The notes: generated from the letters alone by a model not told the origin. Positions 27,440-35,404 are shown, numbered from the stretch's first letter. The stretch: DNA of 64,000 bases from a virus (IMGVR_UViG_2739367553_000005:21071-85070); one strand, 5' to 3'. A program made the numbers and translations.

Positions 27440-27691
27440 TTATAATGGCGGTAATTTCTTTAGATTCTGGCTATCCCACATATCTAATAATTCATTGTGA
27501 TTCTGGGACATCCACTCTTTAACAAGTTCCTGTGCTCTCCGGGGTAAATCTCCTTCTGTCATTTCCATAGTCCGCAAATCAAAGATTCCGATATGCTCAC
27601 CATACAAAGCATGTAAATGACTTGGTTCATGTTCCTTTGGTTTGAAGAACATTTTAATTACTATCCCATAGAACCTTGCTATCTCTGGCAC
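27440..27691 (-). CDS. DUF4160 family protein (putative toxin)
   Basis: GTG start, MPEIARFYGIVIKMFF..EHEPSHLHALYGE...W...N.EL...W. Confidence 0.85.
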   Translation of the reverse strand: MPEIARFYGIVIKMFFKPKEHEPSHLHALYGEHIGIFDLRTMEMTEGDLPRRAQELVKEWMSQNHNELLDMWDSQNLKKLPPL

Positions 27692-27736
27692 CTTATCAAC
27701 TCCTTTTATCATTACTTCTTGTATGGTTATATTATA

Positions 27737-28188
27737 TTCTATTATCATGTAATAGTCAATTCTATTATTGCGTAATTTTTAATTTTCTTTATATTCCATA
27801 ATCTGTCCTGGTTGACACCTGAGAAGTTTACACAAATTACATATGACTTCACAAGTAACATTCTCATTTTTTACCAACTTATAAACAGTAGCCCGATGAA
27901 TCCCATTATCTATAAGCCACTGCTTTTTTAGGCCTTTTTTATCCATCAAAATCCAAAACTTTTCAAAGTCAATAATTCCATTCTCTCCATAGTTTGCCAC
28001 TGTCTCACCGCTTTCTATTATCGTGTATCATTCTATATACAATAATATTCTAAAATCGTGTAATTGTCAACATTCTATTGTCATGTACTTTTCCAACAAG
28101 CCCAACATTTTTATTCTATTTTTGTGTAATATGTAGATATTCTATTTTCGTGTAATTTTCTATTGAAATTAATTCTATTATCGTGTAA
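27737..28188 (+). promoter_or_regulatory. Array of eight 16-bp direct repeats, consensus TTCTATTATCGTGTAA (putative operators)
   Basis: Copies at 27737, 27760, 28013, 28048, 28073, 28114, 28140 and 28173; the last sits between TTGAAA (28163) and TATAAT (28189). Confidence 0.75.
27779..28000 (-). CDS. Cro/C1-type HTH transcriptional regulator
   Basis: GIHRATVYKLVKNENVTCEVICNLCKLLRCQPGQIMEY. Confidence 0.85.
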   Translation of the reverse strand: MANYGENGIIDFEKFWILMDKKGLKKQWLIDNGIHRATVYKLVKNENVTCEVICNLCKLLRCQPGQIMEYKEN

Positions 28189-28242
28189 TATAATGATATA
28201 GCAAGCAACACAAAACAATTCAATCGAAAGGTGGTAATCACT

Positions 28243-28527
28243 ATGACAAAGACGGCTAGGAAAGAAGTAGTTAAGGCAATCGCAAAAGTATTCGAAGTTT
28301 CACCAAATAAGGTAACTCTATTAGAATCCAGCGGAAACATTGAGAGTTTCAAGAATAACGGTATGTTTGATGAGTCCGAAGAGAATTTTTCTATAAACAT
28401 CAGATACAACAATTTCTTATCAAAAGGCTATAGTGTATTGGTCAGTTGTGTTAAATCAGGAAGTAACAAAGATTACATTGCACATAGTCATACGGTTATC
28501 GAAAGTGAAGCATATGACACCATTTAA
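28243..28527 (+). CDS. Hypothetical protein, first gene of the plus-strand small-gene operon
   Basis: AAAGGTGG RBS; 94 aa. Confidence 0.7.
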   Translation: MTKTARKEVVKAIAKVFEVSPNKVTLLESSGNIESFKNNGMFDESEENFSINIRYNNFLSKGYSVLVSCVKSGSNKDYIAHSHTVIESEAYDTI

Positions 28528-28530
28528 TAA

Positions 28531-28585
28531 ATCCCCTGAAGAGTCTTTGAAGATTAAGACGAAACCGCCTGCCGGCGGTCGGGAT
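28531..28585 (+). ncRNA. Type I hammerhead ribozyme
   Basis: ATCCC-CTGAAGA-GTCTT(tgaagatt)AAGAC-GAAA-CCGCC(tgcc)GGCGG-TC-GGGAT: complete core and three perfect stems; cleavage after C28580. Confidence 0.93.
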
Positions 28586-28620
28586 ACACGCACATTACAA
28601 CCAAATAAGGAGGTTTTACA

Positions 28621-28827
28621 ATGGCAAATTTAGCACACTTATTCCACGTAGGACAGAAATTAAAAATCAGAAATGATGACTTTGATTCACTTCATAAATT
28701 CAATGATGGGATTGTAAAGGAAGCGCACGAACATCATATCATAGTAACAGAAACAAAAACAAATACAGACGGTTGGTATGAAGAAGGTCTTAACATTGAT
28801 ATGCTTTACCCTGAATACAATTTTTAG
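28621..28827 (+). CDS. Hypothetical small protein
   Basis: AAGGAGG RBS 3' of the hammerhead. Confidence 0.7.
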   Translation: MANLAHLFHVGQKLKIRNDDFDSLHKFNDGIVKEAHEHHIIVTETKTNTDGWYEEGLNIDMLYPEYNF

Positions 28828-28857
28828 TCTTAACTTATAAAATGAAAGGAGCTCCAC

Positions 28858-29034
28858 ATGAAAACAGAACACAGGGTAGACAATTGGAATCAAAATAAAA
28901 TCTGGATCTGCAAAATCTCAAAATGCAATCACTACTACATAGGCCAGCAAGTGGGTTGCCTGAACTTACGACCGGTAAGAGTTTCAAAATCTTATTACAA
29001 GTCAATCATCTTTAATCCCAAATTTGCATATTAG
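28858..29034 (+). CDS. Hypothetical 58-aa protein (not in ORF track)
   Basis: Manual translation MKTEHRVDNWNQNKIWICKISKCNHYYIGQQ...; AAAGGAG RBS. Confidence 0.6.
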   Translation: MKTEHRVDNWNQNKIWICKISKCNHYYIGQQVGCLNLRPVRVSKSYYKSIIFNPKFAY

Positions 29035-29048
29035 GCGACGTTGTCGCC

Positions 29049-29100
29049 TCTCTAATGCGGGTATCCGGTCTCAACCCCGGAGGAAGTCGCAGAGCGGAGA
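29049..29100 (+). ncRNA. Twister ribozyme (P1 type, minimal, variant pseudoknot)
   Basis: TCTC-TAA-TGCG-GG-TAT-CCGG-TCTCAACC-CCGG...CGCA-GAGCG-GAGA: P1, P2 and P4 stems pair; GG/CC replaces the usual GC/GC pseudoknot. Confidence 0.75.
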
Positions 29101-29136
29101 AATCACAGATGAGACCACATGAAAGGCGGTACTTAT

Positions 29137-29547
29137 ATGAAAAAGACTACTAATAAAATTCAAGAGAATTACATGTTATCTAAAGCGCACCTCGAAACCC
29201 TGGAGGACAAAGAAAACAAACTGGAGCACCAGTATATCATTGACAATGGAATCATTAATCCGGACGGCTCCATACCTGAACACATCTATTGCATAGAAGA
29301 CGAGGAAACATTTAACAAGGCAAATGAAGAACAGGCAGCAACTGCTGAAGCTTCAGGTTTATGGCAGGAAATATTAGCAGCCAGGGAGATACTTTCCATA
29401 GCAGAATCAAAACTTATCGAGTATGGATTATCTATAGTTCCGGACAAGCAACGGGAAATCTTGAAAAAGGCAGTTAAAGAAAATTATACCACACGTTTGA
29501 AGGTCATTGACATGGTTCTGAAGCTTGATGTTTCTACAGTAAAATGA
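29137..29547 (+). CDS. Hypothetical protein
   Basis: AAAGGCGG RBS; 136 aa. Confidence 0.7.
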   Translation: MKKTTNKIQENYMLSKAHLETLEDKENKLEHQYIIDNGIINPDGSIPEHIYCIEDEETFNKANEEQAATAEASGLWQEILAAREILSIAESKLIEYGLSIVPDKQREILKKAVKENYTTRLKVIDMVLKLDVSTVK

Positions 29548-29560
29548 CTGAATGAAAGCA

Positions 29561-29591
29561 CCCACCCCTGAGGTCACGAGGGTAGAAAGGA
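29561..29591 (+). repeat. 31-bp leader repeat fused to an RBS, copy 1
   Basis: cccacccctgaggtcacgagggtagaaagga. Confidence 0.8.
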
Positions 29592-29598
29592 AGATAAG

Positions 29599-29808
29599 TT
29601 GAAGGAATACAGAGTGGATTTTATAAACCAGGAAAAAGGAAAAAGAAATCACAGGGATTATGCTACTTTAAAAAATGCGGCAAAGTTTGCAAATTCTCTA
29701 GGATGTGATAATTATGCAATTAAGAAATATAGCTATAAAACATCCTGTTTTGAATATATGGATGAAGAGGAAGTAAGAGATGTTATGAAAATTGTTGATC
29801 AGGGATAA
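29599..29808 (+). CDS. Hypothetical small protein
   Basis: TTG start after the repeat-borne RBS. Confidence 0.55.
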   Translation: MKEYRVDFINQEKGKRNHRDYATLKNAAKFANSLGCDNYAIKKYSYKTSCFEYMDEEEVRDVMKIVDQG

Positions 29809-29818
29809 AAAACAAAAA

Positions 29819-29849
29819 CCCACCCCAGAGGTTACGAGGGCAGAAAGGA
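29819..29849 (+). repeat. 31-bp leader repeat fused to an RBS, copy 2
   Basis: cccaccccagaggttacgagggcagaaagga; 3 mismatches to copy 1. Confidence 0.8.
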
Positions 29850-29854
29850 TTATC

Positions 29855-30040
29855 ATGAAAAGAATCGTACCGACTATAGGCAAGATTTACACCAATCGTG
29901 GCGGCGGTGATTACCTATGCAAAAATGTACTTATTAATGGATAAGCAATAATGGTTCGAGTCAGCGACGGTTGGCGGCTTAGGGCTCACGGCATCTGCCA
30001 GTACGAAGATGGAACCATCGAATGGGATTATTCCGCATAA
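29855..30040 (+). pseudogene. Small phage gene with an in-frame TAA at codon 30
   Basis: MKRIVPTIGKIYTNRGGGDYLCKNVLING*AIMVRVSDGWRLRAHGICQYEDGTIEWDYSA. Confidence 0.6.
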
Positions 30041-30062
30041 CATTGAGGCGGCTACTGCCGCC

Positions 30063-30122
30063 CCTTTAATGCAGCCGGAAAAGCTCCGCAGGTCACAAGC
30101 CCTGGTAAATGCAGAGTGGAGG
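30063..30122 (+). ncRNA. Twister ribozyme (P1 type, canonical)
   Basis: CCTT-TAA-TGCA-GC-CGGA(aaagc)TCCG-CAGG-TCACAAGC-CCTG-gtaaa-TGCA-GAGTG-GAGG matches the clostridial twister pattern UAAUGCAGC...GGUYACAAGCCC...GCAGAGU. Confidence 0.88.
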
Positions 30123-30133
30123 AAAACAATAAT

Positions 30134-30856
30134 TTAAGTCATATGATTTATTTGATAATTTTTAAGTTCATGCATTTTTATTAAATCCATTATTTCTTCA
30201 TTCATTGAGGAAAACTTTTCATCATCCATAGTAGAACATAACATTATTTTAAATCCATTTTCAAATCTTTTTAATCCATATATGTCGTCTCCATAAGATT
30301 CTAATATTGTAAATAACCTTGAATCAAATCTTCTTCTAATATTACGAGGTATAGGTTCAAAGGTAACCTCTAATTCCGAATAATTTATCCTTTCTCTGAA
30401 CTTTGACCCCTTTTCTATTGATTCGAAAGAATCATTTACCATACTTTTCATTTCTTCTTTTGCCTCTTCCGTCACATTGGGCAGCTCATCTATTCTTCTT
30501 TCCAACGCTTGGCTTAGATCGCATCGCATCTTTTCCATAGTCTGATTTATTATATCTGTTTCACCTTTAACCCTGTCAAGCTTTTCATTTATTTTAACAT
30601 AAATTTTATTAGTCTCAGAATTATTTACTTGTCCCCACCAGATCGCTATAAAAGCAAGCGCAATAGACACTCCACTGGCGATAAATGAAATTATATTTAC
30701 AATATCAGTATTATCACTTAACCTAATTGCACAAATAAAAACAATTATACCTATCAAAATTCCTATTAACCAAAAATAATCTTGCTTTCTCCAATTTGAA
30801 CTATTATTCTCCATCTGGTGCCCCCTAAAACATTTCATTTTATTCTTTAAAAGCAC
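30134..30856 (-). CDS. Two-TM membrane protein with coiled coil (moron)
   Basis: Two N-terminal hydrophobic helices; likely ATG at 30814; AT-rich. Confidence 0.7.
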   Translation of the reverse strand: MLLKNKMKCFRGHQMENNSSNWRKQDYFWLIGILIGIIVFICAIRLSDNTDIVNIISFIASGVSIALAFIAIWWGQVNNSETNKIYVKINEKLDRVKGETDIINQTMEKMRCDLSQALERRIDELPNVTEEAKEEMKSMVNDSFESIEKGSKFRERINYSELEVTFEPIPRNIRRRFDSRLFTILESYGDDIYGLKRFENGFKIMLCSTMDDEKFSSMNEEIMDLIKMHELKNYQINHMT

Positions 30857-30901
30857 TTATAAATTAAATCTGCAGGCTTTTTATTGAAAAAAGTTATAGT
30901 A

Positions 30902-31642
30902 TTAATAATCTTGTTTTAAATTTGTTTTGACAAATTGTTTAACCATCTTTCTTAAATTCATTACATCATTTAATATAGCCAAATTTTCATTTTCAAACCA
31001 CTTAATAAAATCTTTTTCTTTTAATTTTTTTAAAGTATCAATATCAATCATAATAGTTTTAAAAACATCATATCTCTTATTAATTATCTGTAGATCTTTA
31101 ATTAATTTATCTATTTCAGCGTATTGAGAATTAACTTGCAATTGTAATACTAATTCTATATAAACGCTTTCACAAGCTATAAATGAATTAACCATGAAAT
31201 GGTATTCACTTACCCCCGATGTGTTAATATATGACACCGCAGAATTAAATGCCTTAGTCATATTGGAGTTATATATTGCATATTCTTTTATAATGTACCC
31301 ACAAAATTCTCTTTTTATATTTTTTATTTCCTTTTCCTTTTCTGCCAATAAAGTCTTATCAAGTTGCTTATTGCTATTATTAATGGAAATATACATTACT
31401 ATCAATGTTATGATTGCACCAATAATGGCCCCTAAGTATCCCCCTAAAAATGACATCCAGACCTCATTATTAACATTACTTGGATAGTTACTTCCTAAAA
31501 CTAATTTATCAATACATATTGGAAATATAGCAGAAATAGCAATTACTATTAATATAGGCAATAAATGTTTCTTCAACCCAGTTTCCTCCATATAGTTTTT
31601 TTCATCATACACCAAAATCAAATAAAAGAAAATACCCGTCAA
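30902..31642 (-). CDS. Two-TM membrane protein (moron)
   Basis: WMSFLGGYLGAIIGAIITLIVMYISI motif; AT-rich. Confidence 0.7.
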   Translation of the reverse strand: MTGIFFYLILVYDEKNYMEETGLKKHLLPILIVIAISAIFPICIDKLVLGSNYPSNVNNEVWMSFLGGYLGAIIGAIITLIVMYISINNSNKQLDKTLLAEKEKEIKNIKREFCGYIIKEYAIYNSNMTKAFNSAVSYINTSGVSEYHFMVNSFIACESVYIELVLQLQVNSQYAEIDKLIKDLQIINKRYDVFKTIMIDIDTLKKLKEKDFIKWFENENLAILNDVMNLRKMVKQFVKTNLKQDY

Positions 31643-31683
31643 TTAAAAATCGACAGGCATTTCAACTTGATTCATTTCAGAAT

Positions 31684-32439
31684 CTATTCATAATTCTTAA
31701 TAATCAATTCTTTATATCTCCTACTCTTATCCTTATTCACCAGATTATCCATTCTGTCAACTTCTATGATGGTATATCCCTCAAACAAATCCCTGATCTG
31801 CTGGCAGTCATTATAGGACAATACAAATTTCCCTTTAATATTGCCCAGGCATCTTTGTAATCTTTCATGGTCCTCTGGGTTGAACCGATCCGGGTAATAC
31901 TTCTCCGCTTCGTAATAGGGCGGATCCAGATAAAATAATGCATCCGGCCTGTCATATGTTTTTATCAGCCGTTCAAAGTCCTGGTTCTCTATTACCACTC
32001 GATTTAACCGTCCTGACACCTCTTTCAGATAATCAACAGCTTTCTGCATGTCTCTTGGACAAACTCTAAAAGATTTACAGTCTGTCCCAAAACTCTCCCT
32101 GATCAGGCAGAAGAATCGGGCGGCCCGTTGTATGTCAGTCATTCCTCTGGTATTCCTGCTTAACTCGTCAAAGAACTGCTCTCTGGACATAAGCAGCCAT
32201 TCCAGTTCCTTCTGCAGTGTTTCCGGGTGATATTTAACCACCCGGTATAAATTAATCAATTCTCCATTCACATCGTTAAAGACTTCCAATGGTGCATGTT
32301 TATCCTTTGAAAATAAGACCCAACCGGCTCCGCCGAATACCTCAATATACCGGCTGTATGAACCCAGATCCGGGAACTGCTCAAGTATTTGCTTCCGTAA
32401 TAACTTCTTTCCACCAATCCAACTAATAAAACTATTCAT
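31684..32439 (-). CDS. DNA adenine methyltransferase (Dam/D12 class)
   Basis: WIGGK, YIEVFGGAGWV, NDVNGELINLY, YLDPPYY. Confidence 0.92.
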   Translation of the reverse strand: MNSFISWIGGKKLLRKQILEQFPDLGSYSRYIEVFGGAGWVLFSKDKHAPLEVFNDVNGELINLYRVVKYHPETLQKELEWLLMSREQFFDELSRNTRGMTDIQRAARFFCLIRESFGTDCKSFRVCPRDMQKAVDYLKEVSGRLNRVVIENQDFERLIKTYDRPDALFYLDPPYYEAEKYYPDRFNPEDHERLQRCLGNIKGKFVLSYNDCQQIRDLFEGYTIIEVDRMDNLVNKDKSRRYKELIIKNYE

Positions 32440-32479
32440 TACAAAACCTCCTTTTTGGAGAATCTCAATAGAACAATTT

Positions 32480-33631
32480 TTAAGAATCTAATAGATGAAA
32501 TTTACATGCTATTTCCTGTATTACATTTACAGTTACTCCATTACCCGCCTGCTTATAGAGCTGATTATCGCTATTGACCATAGCTGCCTGCTCAAAATAT
32601 TTATCTTTCCAGCCCTGCAAACGAAAGCATTCTCGTGGGGTAAGCTTGCGAATTTTAGGAACCTTATCCCTCACGCAAACAACTGCTTGACTACATGAAG
32701 TTGTTAATGTATGAACTTTCCCCTTGCCAACCCGCCCCCGCTTAGTAGTACTATTGGGATAATCAAGTTTAATGCTATCTCCTACCTCAGCGCGAGTGTA
32801 ACCTTTTTCATTTGCATCTCGGATTAAAAAACCTTCTCTATGCTTCTTGATTTTTAATGAAAGATTATTTTGGCTGCCTGTTCCTCTGATAGGTAATACT
32901 TTTCTTCCGGTTCTTCTTCTAAGAAATCCAACAATAAACACTCTTTCTCTACTTTGCGGGATTCCGAAATCTTTGGTATTGAGAACTTGCCATTCTGCAT
33001 CATAGCCGACTTCGTCCAATTCAATGAGAAGTTTGGTAAAATCGAGCCCTCGATTAACACTAAGTAAGTTTTTAACGTTCTCAATAAATAGGATTGAGGG
33101 TTTATTTTCTTCCGGCAGGTCTCTAATAAGTCCTGTAACTGTGAAAAACAAACTTGAACGTTTCCCAGCAAATCCAAGTCTTTTCCCGGCAATGGAAATG
33201 TCTTGGCACGGAAATCCGAAACACCACACATCTGCTCTGGGCAATTCTCTGGCTGCAATATTTCTGATATCATTTGCGTACCATTCCCCATTTCTGTACT
33301 TCTCCTTTAAAATCTCTATTTGCCTTTCTCTAAATGGAAGCTGAAAAAGGTATTGATTTTGCTCTTCGGATATTAAATGCATAGATGTATAACTCATTAC
33401 TGCATATTTATCCCATTCACAAAAGCCAACACATCTATGACCAGCAAGTTCCATTCCTTTTCTAAATCCACCAATGCCAGAAAAAAAATCCAAAAATGTA
33501 AGACTCATTTTGTCAAGAAGCTGCTGCAGCATTAGTCCGGATGGCTTCGCTCCTTTTAAATTGATATCAAAATTGAGCATAGCACATAGTATTACTGCAA
33601 TTCTATGTAAAATTGTTTCTTCTTTACACAT
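32480..33631 (-). CDS. C5-cytosine DNA methyltransferase (motif I begins near 33508)
   Basis: FSGIGG, GFPCQDIS, ENVKNLL, PQSRERVFIVG, RKLTPRECFRLQG, YKQAGNGV. Confidence 0.92.
   Translation of the reverse strand: MCKEETILHRIAVILCAMLNFDINLKGAKPSGLMLQQLLDKMSLTFLDFFSGIGGFRKGMELAGHRCVGFCEWDKYAVMSYTSMHLISEEQNQYLFQLPFRERQIEILKEKYRNGEWYANDIRNIAARELPRADVWCFGFPCQDISIAGKRLGFAGKRSSLFFTVTGLIRDLPEENKPSILFIENVKNLLSVNRGLDFTKLLIELDEVGYDAEWQVLNTKDFGIPQSRERVFIVGFLRRRTGRKVLPIRGTGSQNNLSLKIKKHREGFLIRDANEKGYTRAEVGDSIKLDYPNSTTKRGRVGKGKVHTLTTSCSQAVVCVRDKVPKIRKLTPRECFRLQGWKDKYFEQAAMVNSDNQLYKQAGNGVTVNVIQEIACKFHLLDS
32854..33291 (-). CDS. Overlapping alternative-frame ORF inside the C5-MTase, EcoHK31I-beta-like
   Basis: Same strand, shifted frame; FSLNWTKSAMMQNGKF...ECLLLDFLEEEPEEKYYLSEEQ. 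Confidence 0.5.
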   Translation of the reverse strand: MGNGTQMISEILQPENCPEQMCGVSDFRAKTFPLPGKDLDLLGNVQVCFSQLQDLLETCRKKINPQSYLLRTLKTYLVLIEGSILPNFSLNWTKSAMMQNGKFSIPKISESRKVEKECLLLDFLEEEPEEKYYLSEEQAAKIIFH

Positions 33632-33694
33632 CTAATTACATATCGTATAATTTTCTAAGAACACAAATCCAACATGATCTAGAGGATAAAACTC

Positions 33695-34945
33695 ATGAAT
33701 AAAATCACTCAAATCACGAAACGCGATATAATAGATATTATAAATAATGGTATAGTAGTAGATACAGACAATATTATAAATTCAGAAATTTATGAAAATA
33801 TTTACGAAGATAAAAATTATAAAATTTGCTATCATGGCCGCTTAGATGAGATTGATTTTCTTAAGAGAATATATGATCTACAAAATATCCCATCAATGGA
33901 TTCAAGATTTTCAGATGCTGAAGGCGATATATGGCAACATACGGTTAATAATTATGATTGGGACGATGATTGGATATTTTCAGATAGTAGATTTGAATTA
34001 TTATATGGCGATGATGAAGTATTCTTAAAATTTATATGTGAAATATTCCATCCCATAGTAAGAAACGAAAGTCAACCTTGGAAAAAAATATTAAAAATAA
34101 TTAATGATCTTCTAAGAATAGATGGGTATGAACTATATGAACATAGCCATATATCTGGTAGGGCAATTTATTTTTGGAGAGAGACAGGTGAAAATTTTGT
34201 TGAGATACCGGATAATACACATTCTAAATTCTATGAACTAAAATTAATTGGAGAAGGTTCTTATGCAAAGGTTTTTAAATACAGAAATGATACTTATCAA
34301 AAGATGTTTGTTATAAAAAGAGCAAAATCAGACTTAGATGATAAAGAATTGGAAAGATTTAAGCGAGAATATGAGCAGATGAAATCTCTGAATTCACCAT
34401 ACATAGTTGAAGTCTATGGATATGACGATAGTAAGCATGAATATTCAATGGAATACATGGATTTTACATTAGATAAATATATTTCAACCAATAATGGTAA
34501 CCTTACTTTTAAACAACGAAAAGGAATTTCTATGCAGATATTAAGAGCATTTAAATATATACATTCTAAAGAATTACTTCATCGTGATATTTGTCCCAAA
34601 AACATTTTAGTAAAAAAATATGATGATGTTGATGTATTTAAAGTATCTGATTTTGGTTTAGTTAAGATTCCAAATAGTAACCTAACATCACTAAATACAG
34701 AATATAAAGGATATTTTAATGATCCTGAATTAAGATTAGAAGGCTTTGCCTCATATGGAATAGTACATGAAATATACGCCTTAACTAGAGTAATATATTT
34801 TGTAATGACAGGTAAAACCAATACAGATAAAATTCTCAATGAATCCCTTAAAAGTTTTGTATTAAAAGGATTGAATCCAGATAAAAGATTACGATTTCAA
34901 AACATCGAACAACTTACTAAGGCATTTTCAGATATAACAGAATAA
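33695..34945 (+). CDS. AbiJ-N-terminal-domain / Ser-Thr protein kinase fusion
   Basis: N-terminal GRLDEIDFLKRIYDL...DSRF.DAEGDIWQH..NN.DW; kinase motifs IGEGSYAKV, VIKR, HRDICPKNILV, DFG. Confidence 0.85.
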   Translation: MNKITQITKRDIIDIINNGIVVDTDNIINSEIYENIYEDKNYKICYHGRLDEIDFLKRIYDLQNIPSMDSRFSDAEGDIWQHTVNNYDWDDDWIFSDSRFELLYGDDEVFLKFICEIFHPIVRNESQPWKKILKIINDLLRIDGYELYEHSHISGRAIYFWRETGENFVEIPDNTHSKFYELKLIGEGSYAKVFKYRNDTYQKMFVIKRAKSDLDDKELERFKREYEQMKSLNSPYIVEVYGYDDSKHEYSMEYMDFTLDKYISTNNGNLTFKQRKGISMQILRAFKYIHSKELLHRDICPKNILVKKYDDVDVFKVSDFGLVKIPNSNLTSLNTEYKGYFNDPELRLEGFASYGIVHEIYALTRVIYFVMTGKTNTDKILNESLKSFVLKGLNPDKRLRFQNIEQLTKAFSDITE

Positions 34946-35020
34946 TATGTACGTTTGTAAAAATCTATTTACCGCTACAACTCTATAAAATCCGAGCTGT
35001 AGCGGTTTTATATTATATAA

Positions 35021-35404
35021 CTATATTTTAAAATGATTAACGCTACTAAGTGATTTATTATGAATATTAAAAATCTGCCTTACACTATACCCCATTTTGT
35101 CTGCAATAACGTCCCATGTATAACCTCTTATGTACCGATATTTCATCAATCGCTTTTCCTGTTCATCTTCCATATTCTCAATTTTATCATATAGTTCCAG
35201 GCAAATTTTCACCTTCTGGTATCGGTAGCAAATAACTTTCTGTTTCAGATCATTAAGAGCATCTACATATTTATCGTCGTAACCATAAGAAGCCATCTCT
35301 TTCTGTATTATCTGGATATCTTCATCCGCATCAGAAATAGCAGCATTGAATGCAACCAGATTTTTTAATTGATCCATTGTCTTATTTTTCATTAGGCTAT
35401 ACAC
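35021..35404 (-). CDS. DUF1492/ArpU-like transcriptional regulator
   Basis: KYRYIRGYTWDVIADKMGYSVRQIFNIHNKSL. Confidence 0.75.
   Translation of the reverse strand: MYSLMKNKTMDQLKNLVAFNAAISDADEDIQIIQKEMASYGYDDKYVDALNDLKQKVICYRYQKVKICLELYDKIENMEDEQEKRLMKYRYIRGYTWDVIADKMGYSVRQIFNIHNKSLSSVNHFKI

Noticed and set aside
27737-28188. Mini-CRISPR interpretation of the 16-bp repeats
   Set aside because: Repeats are too short and degenerate, spacing is irregular (7-25 bp within clusters), and one overlaps a promoter. Operators fit better.
29105-29130. Possible second hammerhead (CAGATGAG...GAAA)
   Set aside because: The core is CAGAUGA rather than CUGAUGA, and stem II cannot form.
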